A stretch of 64,000 nucleotides of DNA from Octopus vulgaris (GCA_951406725.2 OX597816.1:137082001-137146000), one strand, 5' to 3'; shown: positions 30,920-44,266, counted from the stretch's first letter. Made by a program: numbers and translations. Notes: generated by a model not told the origin, from the sequence alone.

Positions 30920-31065
30920 TATAATTCGTAAAACATGTAAATTAGTTTGTACAAATAGGGTGCGCACCACTGGTTTGCTATAACGTAAGCCAGACATTTA
31001 AAAATCATTTTTGGTCAAAATCCCGCCTACTATGTTCATATACTCTAATCTCTCTTTAACCAATA

Positions 31066-31238
31066 ATGTCTCAATTTCAAAATAAAACTGAACGAAATTG
31101 TTTTGAGTGGATTGGAGGAAATGAGCGTTAGCGAGCGTATAAAAGGCTCCCTAAAAAAACATTGAAATAAAACAAATGAACAGATACACTTTAAACACTA
31201 CAAGTCCTTTTCATGAAAGAAAAAGTTTATGAAAACTT
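31066..31238 (+). promoter_or_regulatory. Orphan copy of the Sushi-gene promoter/5'UTR, truncated just before the ATG
   Basis: atgtctcaatttcaaaat...gcgagcgTATAAAAgg...cactacaagtccttttcatga...aaaact matches the other promoters. No CDS follows. Confidence 0.6.
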
Positions 31239-31262
31239 TTGTATATTATTAAATAAAACATT

Positions 31263-31334
<72 letters not shown>

Positions 31335-31339
31335 TATAT

Positions 31340-31608
31340 ACGTACCCACCTCTACATGTATATATACACGCATATATGGGTACAGGACACCAAAAAAACG
31401 TCGAACACAATGAGAAACGAAAACACGAACACAAAACCAAGGAACTGGACATTTTTCTTAAACAACAGAAAAATAGAGTACAGGACAAATAACACAAGGA
31501 AAATTCCCCTTCGTGTTTATGTTTTCGTTTCTCATTGTGTTAGACGTTTTTTTTTTGGTGTCCTGTACCCATATATGCATGTATATATACATGTAGAGGT
31601 GGGTACGT
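31340..31608. repeat. Foldback of a dispersed repeat (another copy at ~60985-61170)
   Basis: acgtacccacctctacatg...gaaaac pairs with gttttc...catgtagaggtgggtacgt. Confidence 0.8.
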
Positions 31609-31696
31609 ACATATATATATATATATATGCATATGTTCTATTTATTAATATATTATATGACGGAACGCACGCATCCATTTCTAAGTAAGATTGTTC

Positions 31697-31748
<52 letters not shown>

Positions 31749-31831
31749 GCTGAGGATGTAGTATGAAGACACGTAACCAGGCAATGTATATACTTCTATA
31801 TGTATATACTTTGTGAAAACGAAATACGCAC

Positions 31832-31870
<39 letters not shown>

Positions 31871-31987
31871 TATACATATAATGCACTTATATATGTTTAT
31901 ATATATGTATGTGCGTGTATGTGTGTCAAGCAAAAGCCCCACCTACTTACATTTTTTTCATATACACTATTTCCGTTCTAATTAACT

Positions 31988-32167
31988 ATGTCTCAATTTT
32001 AAAATAAGACAGAACAAAATTATTTATTGCTGACTGGAGGAAAAGAGGGTTAAGGAGAGTATAAAAGACCCCCCAAGAAGACATTAGAATGAAAGTGAAC
32101 AAGCGACTACACTTTAAACACTACAAGTCCTTTTCATGATAGACAAAAGTATATAAAAACTGAGAGA
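31988..32167 (+). promoter_or_regulatory. Promoter/5'UTR of paralogue 2, TATAAAA at 32060-32066
   Basis: Homologous to 23150-23337 and to the reverse complement of 58006-58190. Confidence 0.6.
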
Positions 32168-33646
32168 ATGGTATCCAATACATTTTATTTCCTATTCTTT
32201 ATCTTATTCACAGTGAAGAGTGAAAATAATACAGTTGCAAATGTTATGAAAAAGATTGTGTCGGAATACAGTAATTCGACGTCAACCTGCAACAACTTTG
32301 CTCCGTGGTTTTTGAACAAATGATAAAGCTCCTAAACTGCGGTCCTTTACCGAAATTAAACAGCAGTCGAATTCAATATACTTTGAAATGGGAAGAGGAA
32401 AAAATACACCTGCAACAAAAGTGCAACCGCAATTTTGAAGCAAGCGTAGAGAATACAGCCGATATTATTTGTTGGAATGGTAAATGGATGTATGAAGATA
32501 AAAGATGTAAGTTAATAACTTGCCCTACTTTTCCTAAACCTGCACACAGTTTCATGATAAATATTGCATACACATATAACTCTGTTATTCACTTTTACCT
32601 GTGTTTCTGATTATATTTTACGAGGAAACAATTCAATACGTTGTCAAGAAAATAAACAGTGGTCGTCTCTACCACCAATCTGTGAAATTGTTAAATGTCT
32701 CCCACCGCATCCACCCAAACATGGCAATGTAAACAATACAAATGGAGTTGAAATTAACGAAACAATTCATTTCACTTGCTTAAAACCTTATAGTCTGAAA
32801 GGTGAATCTGTATTAACTTGTCTTCAAGACGGTAGCTGGAATTTTCCGACACCTGTTTGCACTTTGAAATGTGTTGTACCTGAAATTGCTGGCAGAGTTG
32901 TGACTATTTCTGAAGGTACAATTTTAAAACCAAGAACCTTAATCAATCAAGGAGAGAAAGTGTTATATTCTTGCAAACGATCCTTCATTCCTGTCGCATT
33001 TGGAGTCGTTCAATGCTTTTCAGGTAAATGGTATCCAGACATACAGTGCAGAAAATCGTGTAAAATTGAGAAACGAAACGGATTGAATTTTATTTTGTCA
33101 CATAATTTTTCAGTTATTGAATATAGCTGTTCTGCTGAAGAAACATTGTTGGGATATTCTAAAAGAACCTGTTTAGAGAATGGAACGTGGAGTGGAAAAC
33201 TTCCACGGTGTGTAAAGAACTGTCAATTGTTATACAAGTCTAACATACATAGCTACCGAAATTCAGACACTTTGCAATATCTTCCATTTGGCAGCACAGT
33301 CTTAGAAAACACGAACGTTACTTATTCGTGTGAAGTTCCTAGTATGAATAACTCCAACGATAGTGTGATATGTCAAAATGGTGTATTGACCCCCAAACCA
33401 CGCTGTTCATATAGAGATATTCAGCTGATAGATTACAAAGTCAGTTTTACCAATGGATTGGAAAATTATTATGTTTGTGAAACAAAATACACTTGCAAAT
33501 TTTTTGGTTACAGACAGAAATCATGCTATTGGGATAGTTGCAGGTATTATCGATGTGTCAAAATAGGCTTTAACAATGCAACATCAGAAATATATATTGA
33601 TGCAGAGGTTGATACTTGTTGTACTTTGAGGTGTGAGGATGATTAA
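32168..33646 (+). pseudogene. Paralogue 2 of the Sushi/CCP gene, disrupted by a -1 and a +1 indel in T-runs (pseudogene or assembly error)
   Basis: ATG at 32168 gives MVSNTFYFLFFILFTVKS. T5 instead of T6 at ~32309-32313 causes a premature TGA at ~32321. An extra T at ~32594-32597 restores the frame into ORF 32564-33646. The span of 1479 nt equals paralogue 3. Confidence 0.8.
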
Positions 33647-33699
33647 TATCAAACTCTTTTTTACTTGTACTTTAAATTTATGCTTACGTTTTTGCATGC

Positions 33700-33705
33700 A
33701 ATAAA
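33700..33705 (+). terminator. Candidate polyadenylation signal AATAAA of paralogue 2
   Basis: AATAAA ~54 nt after the stop. The equivalent site in paralogue 3 reads AATATA. Confidence 0.35.
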
Positions 33706-34448
33706 ACGTATTCCATCGCATAACATTCAGTTATGACAACGTAATGGAATCCATTGAATTTACTCATATCTGCTGGTTTCTGACATTTATCATGAAATAA
33801 ATAATTGGATACAATCGTGTAATTTTAACGCTTTTCAATCTTTAACAAAATTTTCATTGTTTCTATTTTTGCTTGTATCTTACTATTTTATGCATCACAT
33901 CGAACATAGTTTATTGCATTTTCGAGTCACTCGATGTTTGCTTTTAAGTAGACTATTTTGGTGGATCTGGATTAGTTTTCAATGAACTGTTCGTTACGAA
34001 TTTATGTAATATTTGAGGGTGCTCAGCTGTAGTGAAGCGGAAGCATGTTTGTGTTTGTTTTGTAGTGCAAAAACGTACAGTTATTCAATAACCTTTTGTG
34101 TTAAAAGTGTTGTGTAGAGCCAGATTTATGTTTATCATATCTATAGTAAATAGTATTATACATCATCAGAACCATAGTTCCATTACTCGCCTTCCTGTCA
34201 AATGTACTAATCAGGAAATTAGTAGAAATCACTAATAGCTTAAATTTGTGTTCGCTGCGGCTCTCAAGTATTACGGGGGTCTTTGATACTAATTCCTATT
34301 TATCATGCCTGAGGAGGGTATGTTTTCACCGAAAGTATTTGGGCTTGCATTGACAATTCCAAGATTAGTGTAGCGTAATTCATAAGATGTATTTTGTATT
34401 TGCTATTAACAGGGTAAGACACAGTTCTATGAAATTCAACTGTGTTGG

Positions 34449-34551
34449 GTACTGCGTGGCACCTTGGGCAAGTGTTTTCTACTATAGCCTCGGGCCGACC
34501 AAAGCCTTGTGAGTGGATTTGATAGACGGAAACTGAAAGAAGCCTGTCGTA

Positions 34552-34601
<50 letters not shown>

Positions 34602-34810
34602 TGTGTATGTTGTGTGTCTGTGTTTGTCCCTCTAGTATTGCTTGACAACCGATGCTGGTGTGTTTGTGTCCCCGTTACTTAGCGGTTCGGCAAAAGAGAC
34701 CGATAGAATAAGTACTGGGCTTACAAAAAGAATAAGTCCCGGGGTCGAGTTGCTCGATTAAAGGCGGTGCTCCAGCATGGCCGAAACAAACAAGTAAAAG
34801 AGTAAAGAGT
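34449..34810 (+). mobile_element. SINE family A, 5'-truncated
   Basis: actgcgtggcaccttgggcaag...ggcggtgctccagcatggccg...gtaaaagagtaaagag. Confidence 0.85.
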
Positions 34811-34924
34811 AATGCATATGTGTTCTCTTTGTTATCTAATTAAAGGCATACCAGTGAAAACGACGAGTTCTCCTCTTGTTATTTACATCCATTTTCTTCT
34901 CATACATACATACATACAACAATA

Positions 34925-35043
<119 letters not shown>

Positions 35044-35560
35044 TGTCTAGTGAATGTTTTAAAAAAAGATGGGTGAATGTAGCAAGGATGGCACGTATGA
35101 ATGACGAAGCCACCTTGACTATGATTCTATGAACCGTAAAAATTAATACAGAGAGTTGCTCATTTGCAAAAAAAAAAAAAAAAATATAACATGTGACTTC
35201 ATTGACCGAGGTTACCGTGGTCTTTTCCGTAGGCTTTTCCTTCCACGGGTAAACCTCACCTGTCCTCCCCTTTACACTTCATATTGACATTTCTGTGATT
35301 ACGATCCCTATTGATCAACTTTTTTTTCCTCATCCCTTTTCTTTTTTTCTCTCTCCCTCACTTTTTAAAAAATCCTCCCCTTTTTTTGTCCTCTTTCTTT
35401 CCTTTTACGATCCCTTTTGATCGAAAACCAACCCCCTTTTTTACCCCCAAAAGAAAAGCTCTACCTTGTAATTTGTTCTGTCTATATGCAGCCCTGTGTG
35501 GCTAATAAAGAAACATATCTATTTATCTATCCATCCATCCATCCATCCATCCATCCATCC

Positions 35561-35634
<74 letters not shown>

Positions 35635-35639
35635 AGTAG

Positions 35640-36720
35640 AAACAGAAAAGAGGAATTTCGATTATCCCCACGTGGTGAGTTGTAATGTATATAAGAAATT
35701 AAAAAGGAAAATACGCACACTTACATAGTTTTAATATAATTTTTAATATATCAACCGGTCTCGCAATCGCTATTCATGATATCATGTTTTACTTATTTGA
35801 ATATATATTTTTTCTTAAGAAGAAATTCTGTCCATGTTGTGTGTGATGAAATTCACGAGTGAATGACTTCACAAGTAGATAAATAAAGGGAGGTAATTGG
35901 TTGTCGTTATTATTGTTATTGTTGTCGGTAAGGAAGATAACTGTTCAGCTTTCGGTAATGGGTGGGGAGGATTATATATGTGTACAGACAGAGACAAGTT
36001 TAAAAAACCTTGTTTTGCAGGGGATTTATGTACAGTGATGTAATCGTGAATTGAAATATGTAAAAAGATAAAAGTTGGTTATGCGTGCATATTAAGACGT
36101 GTTTACTATTTTTCAATGAAAAAAGTTTCTTTATTTAAACGTTCTAGTTGAGAGATTGCGTCTTTGCACTGGTAGAAAGGGAAGCCCGTGAAATTTGGTT
36201 TGATGTTACCTGCACATTTTTCTATATGTTCACTGAGAAGAATTTGTCTGTATTAGGGGAAACGGATTTGCTCTTTATGTAGAGTGGTTCTCTTTCTCAA
36301 GGTCATACTCGTTTGTCCAATATAGTGGTGTCCGTAACCCGAGCAGGTTATTACATAAATTAGGTTCTCAGAGGCCCAAGTGAAACTAATTTTAATTGTA
36401 AATCTCTGTCCTTGTTGGAAAAGGAAATCCGAACCTTCAAGCAGGTTGGGGCAGGTTCCACAGTTTGGGCGTCCACATTTTTCAACCGTTGGTTTTGTGG
36501 TTGTTTTGTAGTGTTTTGTGTCTAATTGTTTGGCACGTTTAATTCCCTCGTCGATAAGTGAGGGTGGATATTGTCTTTCAATAAGTGTTGTTTTGAGGTC
36601 TTGAAGACGAAGGTCCCGAGTTGTTCTATCAGACACTATTGTGCAGATCCTTTTTGCTAAATTGAAAGGGATGTTTATTTTGATGTGTTTCGGGTGGCAT
36701 GAGTTAAAGAGAAGATATCA
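35640..36720 (-). mobile_element. Penelope-like element 3' part (GIY-YIG) with downstream terminal repeat region
   Basis: ORF 36253-36636: CGRPNCGTC...NLIYVITC....YIGQT...R...H. Degenerate hammerhead downstream at 35748-35782. Confidence 0.75.
35748..35782 (-). ncRNA. Degenerate hammerhead-like motif downstream of Penelope ORF
   Basis: ATATC-ATGAATA-gcgattgc-GAGA-CCGG-TT-GATAT. Stem I and the ACCGGT palindrome are intact; the core is mutated. Confidence 0.45.
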
Positions 36721-37161
36721 ATATCTTCTCTTTAACAATATCTTCCAATTTGTTTTTAATAAAATGGAGATTATGATTAAAAAAAAACCATGCCTGTTTC
36801 ATTATTTGATTTTTTTCATTTTTAGAATTTGTTTTGTTTTTATTTGACTTTTATTTGAAAGATTTTCCTGTTTTATGTACCAAACAAGTAAGGTTGTGTT
36901 TGACCAAAGAAAAAACAAAATTATCGTAAATTTTGATACTTTAATTTTATTGTCACCTCCTCTAATTTCGGTAAGTTTTTTTATTTTTGACTATTTTTTG
37001 GAAACGTTTCCTAAATTCACTCCTTTAAAGATATTTAGACGTGAAAGATTATGATTATGCAATAACAGAATTTTTACAAATTCAATTGTTTCATGGGATT
37101 CGGTACGTTTTAAAACATACCCGCTCACAAATATATGCACGTGCGCGTGTAGATACACAGA

Positions 37162-37206
<45 letters not shown>

Positions 37207-37401
37207 ATATATATTTTAAGTCCAGCAAATTTCAAGAAATTTGCTGGACCTTTGTAGGATTTAAAAAAATTTTTCTGGGTCGTTTTTTTGGGGAGGTCAC
37301 CTTGTATGTATGTATGTATATATGTATGTATGTATGTATTCGTTAGCTACTGCACGCATTTTTTTTCTCTCCTTCTTTCTGTGTTTTTCTCTCTCTGTGT
37401 A

Positions 37402-37439
37402 TCTTTCTGTTGAAGAGCGTAGGCTCGAAACGTTAAAGA
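37402..37439 (+). ncRNA. Minimal hammerhead-like motif
   Basis: TCTTT-CTGTTGA-aGAGC gtag GCTC-GAAA-CG-TT-AAAGA. Palindrome AACGTT; core position 6 is non-canonical. Confidence 0.5.
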
Positions 37440-37535
37440 CTTATTTTATTTATATTTCCTGAGCGCCATACTAATACAATTGTTCGTTTGTTTTCCACCT
37501 GCCTTCGTCTTTTGTTTATTTTCATAAAGCTTCCG

Positions 37536-37604
<69 letters not shown>

Positions 37605-37944
37605 TTCTTGGAAATGGATGCGTGGCGTTGAATCAAATAATAATATAAATAATATATATATGCATATATGGGCACTCATATTGTCGTTGAATGCTCGAAA
37701 TGAGGAGTAGATAGACAGCAGACGATTGATGAAGGGTTGTTCTCTGTGTTACTTGCCCTGCTTTCCATTTCTCTCTCTTTGTTTGCATATTTAACTCATT
37801 TGTTACAGTACTCCATGTTGTATACACAGTTGGCGACGTCCTGTACACATATATGCACATATATATTATTCATATCATATATATATATACGTATATATAC
37901 TATTTATATCATATATATGTATACGTATATATATTATTTATATC

Positions 37945-37976
<32 letters not shown>

Positions 37977-37990
37977 GAATTTTAAGTAAT

Positions 37991-38258
37991 ATAGTATTAT
38001 TACCGTTATTTACAGTAATAATAGGAAGGCTAGCAAGTTCACACCTTTACAGGTACAATATAAAGTAATTTAAGATTAGGTCAGGTATGTAGTACCACTT
38101 GCAATAATCAGAGCCAATGCTAAAAAACCTCCATAAAAATTACGATAAAGATACACACGAGCAATGCAATGAGCATTTTAGTTACTTTATATTGTGCCTG
38201 TAAAGGTGTGAACTTGCTAGCCACCTTATTATTACTGTAAATAACGTTAATAATACTA
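37991..38258. repeat. Foldback with ~77-bp arms
   Basis: tagtattattaccgttatttacag...ataaagtaa pairs with ttactttat...ctgtaaataacgttaataatacta. Confidence 0.8.
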
Positions 38259-38740
38259 CTTTATTTAAATTTTTCTTGTTTACAATAGTTTCTTTTAAAC
38301 TTTTAAAGTTAGGAACGCACACGAGCTGACGTAATGAATAATTTAGAAATAGATGTTAAATGCTGTTTTCAACTGATAGTCGCAAAGTAGTTTTGTCATG
38401 CAAAGCGTGAAATCAATTCGTATTGAAATATGAATTACTTATCCATGTATTCGAAGCAACGGTAAGGAGGTGTCAACATTTCAGATGATGCGTCGGTCAG
38501 ACACAGCACCGACTGCTGCAAAAGAGAGTATATCCACTGAAACCTTTTCGGTGCGTTCAAAAATCACATAACCCTCGCGGGTTAGGGCCTGAAATAATCC
38601 AAACAGACACATAGCATGTTGCTTAGTCGAATTAGCCCATCATTTAATCCACAAATGTCTTGTTGTCAATGCTGCACTTTCCCATATCACCTATTTCAAC
38701 ATAACTGTAATAAATTATATACAAATTATGCCATTTTAAT

Positions 38741-38768
38741 CCCGAGCAACGCCGGGTATCTGAGCTAG
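38741..38768 (+). mobile_element. Helitron-like 3' terminus
   Basis: cccgagcaacgccgggtatctgagCTAGt: the same hairpin plus CTAG as at 8488. Confidence 0.6.
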
Positions 38769-38804
38769 TATTATTATTATATGATTGAACACCACGCATC
38801 CTCT

Positions 38805-38853
<49 letters not shown>

Positions 38854-38982
38854 ATATATATATATATATATTTAGGGTGAATACTTGATAAATGTAAGCA
38901 CCTGTATATGCCAGCTAGTGGCATAGGTGATAGGATATATGTATCAAATGAAATAAATGAAAAACAGGACGCAAAGGATTTT

Positions 38983-39074
38983 GCGGTACATATGTTTCGC
39001 GTTTATAGAACAACTTATTCTTACATCAATGCATAATTGATATAATAGATAGATCAAAAACCTTCTTCAGCCGC
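38983..39074 (-). ncRNA. Type I hammerhead with long stem II insert (decayed copy)
   Basis: GCGG-CTGAAGA-[~65 nt]-GAAA-CATATG-TA-CCGC. Confidence 0.6.
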
Positions 39075-39363
39075 GTACAATTGCTACACCAAAGACTTTA
39101 TATATATATATACTCGCTGAGAATGACGTATGAAGACACGTAACCATGCAATGTATATACTCGTATACGCGTTTACTTTGGAACAGCTAAACATATAAAC
39201 GCTTATACATAGATTTTGACATACTAAAGAATTGTTAAAGGATAAAGTGAAAAAATATAATTAATCTTTTACGATTCCGATTAATCTGTCAAGTCCAAGG
39301 CTTATTTATTCAGATTCTTCTAAATTAACCGTGCATCATTTCATAATTTCCAGATTTTGAAGA

Positions 39364-39403
<40 letters not shown>

Positions 39404-39700
39404 TTTGAAATGACGTTTTGGAATAAGTGAGAGAAGCTGTATCGGTTCAGTTTAAACATGAAGCAGTTAAAATATTTCGACCTGATAATGCTACTGTGTG
39501 AAAGGAAATAGATAGATAAATAGGTAGCTAGATAGGTAGATAGATAGATCGATAGAGAAAAGTAAGAAAATAAGGATTCTATATACCCATATAGGCCCGT
39601 ATAGATACATATGCATGAGAAAGTGATTATATAGATATATATAAACAGTACACATAAGCGTGCTTATATGGCAACATAAAATGTTATTATGTATGAGAGA

Positions 39701-39731
<31 letters not shown>

Positions 39732-39996
39732 AACGTGTATATATGGATATAGAAAAGGGAGAGTATATGACGGGCTTCTTTTAGTTTCCGTCCACCAAAT
39801 CCATTCTGAAAGCAAATCTTTTCCCTTTGAATGGCAGATTGAGAAATTAATCTTTTGTAACTAAACACTTTAAAACTTCGGACACTAGTAGAATGTGTCA
39901 TATAAAACAACTTTTACTCTTAGCATTTTTGAGAAAAGTTTCTATTTACGAAGTTATTTCGTATTAAAGTTGACGTATTTCGGTAATTTCAACCAA

Positions 39997-40630
39997 TCAA
40001 TGACGTGTATTCAGCTGAATAAAATTATTGCTGTTGTTTGTCAACAACATCTTCCGGCGGTGTATATTTCGTTTGTCACTGTTATTTATGACATTTCATC
40101 TCAGTTACGTTTGTATGCATAAATGAGTGTATCTGAAGCATGTATACTTCATATCACCACCATAATCCTGTTTTTCAGCTACTATTTTCAGAGACTTTCC
40201 CCCCTCCCCCTCTAATTTCTTCATTTTCGCTTTTTCCGTAACTCTAACCCTAACCCTAAAATCCTAATCCTAAAATCCTAGCCCTAAATCCCTGACCCTA
40301 CCCTAAGACCCTAACCCTAGCCCTAAAACCTTAACCCTAACCGTAAAATCCTAATCCTAACCCTAACCCTAACTCTAAAACCCTTAAGCTAAAGCCCTAA
40401 CCCTAACTCTAAAACCCTAACCCTAATGCCCCAACCCTAACCCTAAAGCTCTAACCCTAAAATCCTAAAAGCCTAACCCTAACCCCAAAATCCCAAAAGC
40501 CTAACCCTAAAACCAGTACAAATGCACGAACGATGTTATAAATAACAGTGACAAACGAAATATACACCGCCGGAAGTTGTTGTTGACAAACAACGGCAGT
40601 AATTTTATTCAGCTGAATACACGTCATTGA
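39997..40630. repeat. ~100-bp inverted arms enclosing a degenerate (CCCTAA)n array
   Basis: Arms at 39997-40095 and 40533-40630; telomere-like repeats at ~40237-40512. Confidence 0.85.
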
Positions 40631-40687
40631 CTGACTTGATGCTTCAACTTAAGTACCTTATTCAAATGAATCTTAATTATTTCTGAT

Positions 40688-40737
<50 letters not shown>

Positions 40738-40739
40738 TT

Positions 40740-42116
40740 TATTTTAAGCAGCAGAAAATTCAACAAAATCTGTTACTCTGAGTTTCTCGTTGCCGTTCAT
40801 CAGACAGTTTTTGCTAGAATGGAACATATATATTAATTCAATCTATACTCTTACAAACGCTACACCTTTAAAAAGAAATGGACTTGTTTGATTGGCCCTT
40901 TAGAAAAAACGGTCAATCTTCGAGCGATAAACAAAAAGGTCAAAAATATATGTATATATATATAAAAAACTTATAAAAATTATAAAATCCGAGGAAAAAA
41001 CCGAGGAAAAAACCTATTGCCGTTAATGAAGACAGTACAGATTAATGCATAGAAATTAAACCTGTTATAAATACTGCAATACATATTTATATTAAAATCC
41101 ACATATATATATCAACATACACAAAAGGATGCGCGTAAACGCCATACATACATATACAGACGTATGAATATGAATCTAAATTATACACATAAAAGCATGT
41201 GTACATATATTCACGCAAACCGTCTCGCACGCAAGCTAAAATTCATCTATGTAGCAATTCTCATATACTGAGCAAGGAGGGGGAACGAAAGAAAGGGAAA
41301 GAGAGAAAAAAGAAATGAAGGAGGGGTGGGGAAAACTTGTAGCGATATTATTGGCATCTATAGAGGCCAGTATACATACACAAGTTTGAATTGATACATA
41401 TACATACCGTCGTGTGTATGCGTGCTTACGCACAAGCATACTTTCACTTACACATACACAGATACGCATGCTTACAAATATATATGCTTTGCTATATACA
41501 AACTTATATAAACATTCTAAATTTGACAACATTGCTTTTTTTAAAAAAAACATTGCTTTTAAAAAATGGGTGCATTAATAAAAATATATACGAAAGACAT
41601 ATAAAATAAAATATAACATCCTATTTTGGGTCATTTATAAATAATCAAGGTAATATAAATAATCAAGGTAATCTTATGCAATACAATAACATGAAAACAA
41701 AGTTTGTAGGTTTTTCCTAATATATATGTAGAAACAATAAGACTTTGCTATATGTCCGTCGTAGCGCTCAAGAGTCAAAATCAAAATCAAAAAATCAAAA
41801 TACAAAATATATACTCTATCCATATGGTATATTTATATTCGACATTTTAAATTTAGCCGTGTGCCTACATAAGTTCATTAATTCACTTCTTTGATTCAAA
41901 GAATTATTGTCTTTGAATAATATGTGCATTTTTTCTAATAAGCAGAGCCTGCACTTGAAATTATATTTGTAAGCTCCATGCCTGTATGGTGCCGCCCTGT
42001 CCAGAATGCTCCATGTCACGTTGAAAGGTGGGGCTTCCTTTTCTTTTAGTTCCCAGACATATTTTGCTAGGCTGGTTTTCTTTCTGTTCTCTGGGTATTT
42101 AAAAGAATTCTTATGA

Positions 42117-42118
<2 letters not shown>
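40740..42118 (-). mobile_element. Penelope-like element 3' end (GIY-YIG C-terminus + terminal repeat)
   Basis: HKNSF...TSLAKYVWELK...WSIL...CRLCLLEK...LNQRSEL...CRH. Intact hammerhead at 40770-40807. Confidence 0.7.
40770..40807 (-). ncRNA. Minimal type I hammerhead, canonical core
   Basis: CTGT-CTGATGA-aCG gcaa CGa-GAAA-CTCAGAG-TA-ACAG. Confidence 0.75.
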
Positions 42119-42172
<54 letters not shown>

Positions 42173-42214
42173 TTGTTTGTTTGTGTGTGTGTTTGTATGT
42201 ATATATTGCATTTA

Positions 42215-42567
42215 CCACTGCGTGGTACCTTGGGCAAATATTTCTGGTATAGCCTTGGGGTGACCAAAGCCTTGTGAGTGAATTTGGCAGACGGAAACTG
42301 AAAGAAGACTGTCGTATATCCATGTATATGTGTGCGTTTATGTGTGTGTCTTTGCGTCTGTCTTCGTCTTCCCTGCATCACCTGATAACCGATGTCGGTG
42401 TGTTTACGTCGCAGTGACTTAGCATTTTGGCAAAGCGAACGATAAGAAAAGTAATAGGCTTACGATGAATTAGTCTTGGGGTCGATTGCTTTGACTAAAA
42501 ACCCTTTAAGGCGGTGCTCCAGCATGGCCGCAGTCAAAATGACTGAAACAAGTAAAGAATAAAAGAA
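42215..42567 (+). mobile_element. SINE family A, 5'-truncated
   Basis: Same body and 3' stem-loop tail. Confidence 0.82.
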
Positions 42568-43149
42568 TATATTGGGAGATAAACAGATAGATAGCTGTCA
42601 TGAATAATAATAATAACAAATGAATGAGTTGAATGGGTTGAATTATTTAGATGACTTCATTCAACATTCAGGTTATGAGAATCTCTGAAAATTTCAACTT
42701 CATCTTCAAAATATTGCTTGTGCTTATCTTATGACACAGTCATTACCGAAGTTGGATCTCTAAAATATATTGATTACTTCCCGAACTAACGTGAGCAAAG
42801 TGTGGAAAATGACTACACAATTATAAAAAGATGATTTTAGAAGGATTAGAGCAATCAACAGCAAATACAGGAGAAAAGGTGCAGGTATGACTATGTAGTT
42901 TAAGATGTTTCTCAAACACGTGGCTTATATATGTTTCTCAAACACATGGCTGCATGCCACTACTGGGTCCAATAGTGGTATGTATCTCCTATGGTAGTCG
43001 CAGGTCAACAAAAGGTCTCCATGTGAGAGGATATGGTTAATGGAAAGTGAAAGAATCTTTTTGTACACGTACACACAAAGATAATTAGTCAGATATAGAT
43101 ACACACACAAACACAAACACACACAAACATACAAAATAATAAATAAATG

Positions 43150-43387
43150 TTTCCGTCTCGAGCCATGAGGGCCGGTTTCCTGGTTTCAATGGAGTATATA
43201 TACCCCACCTGGACAGGACTCCGGTCCGTCGCAGGATTACTCATTTTTGTCAGCTGAGCGGACTGGAGCAACTTGAAACGAAGAGTTTTGTTATAAAAAC
43301 GCTACGCGTCGCCCGGTCCAGGAATCGAAACCACAAACTTACGATTATGAGACCAACAGCCTAACCACTATGCCATATGGCTCCACA
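43150..43387 (-). mobile_element. tRNA-derived SINE family C
   Basis: Minus-strand head TGGCATAGTGG...GGTTTCGATTCC (A/B boxes) followed by an unrelated body. Confidence 0.65.
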
Positions 43388-43493
43388 CGCATACATTTCC
43401 TCACGTTTATATGTGTATATATAAATTTATATATATATATAAATATATATATATATAGGTATATATACACATATACATATTCTTATACAGACA

Positions 43494-43534
<41 letters not shown>

Positions 43535-43587
43535 TCATTTATATATATATATATATATACTCTTTTATATATATATATATATATATG

Positions 43588-44017
43588 ACTGTGGCTATGC
43601 TGGAGCACCGCCTTTAGTCCAGCACATGGACTCAAGGACTTATTCTTTGTAAGCCTAGTACTTATTCTATCGGTCTCTTTTGCCGAACCGCTAAGTTACG
43701 GGGACGTAAACACACCAGCATCGGTTGTCAAGCGATGTTGGGGGGACAAACACACACACAAACATATACACACACATGCACACACACACACACACACACG
43801 TACACACACACACACACACATACACACAAACACACCCACACATCCACACATATGACGGGCTTCTTTCAGCTTCCGTCTACCAAATCCACTGACAAGGCTT
43901 TGGTTGGCCCGAGGCTATAGTAGAAGACAGTTGCCCAAGGAGCCACGCAGTGGGACTGAACCCGGAACCATGTTGTTCGTAAGCAAGCTACTTACCACAC
44001 AGACACCTCTACACCTA
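43588..44017 (-). mobile_element. SINE family A
   Basis: Colinear with 59412-59848. Confidence 0.85.
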
Positions 44018-44019
44018 TT

Positions 44020-44103
<84 letters not shown>

Positions 44104-44195
44104 TTAATAAGGGTGAGAGAATTAGATACTAATTTAATAGTATATATATAACCTTTTGGAGTGCTAGAGTGAGCCATATAGTGACCACTCTCTTA

Positions 44196-44266
<71 letters not shown>

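Noticed and set aside
31746-31780. CTGAGGA...GAAGAC hammerhead candidate
   Set aside because: No convincing stem II or closing stem I.
40237-40512. True telomere or fusion site
   Set aside because: Short, degenerate, single orientation and enclosed by inverted arms.
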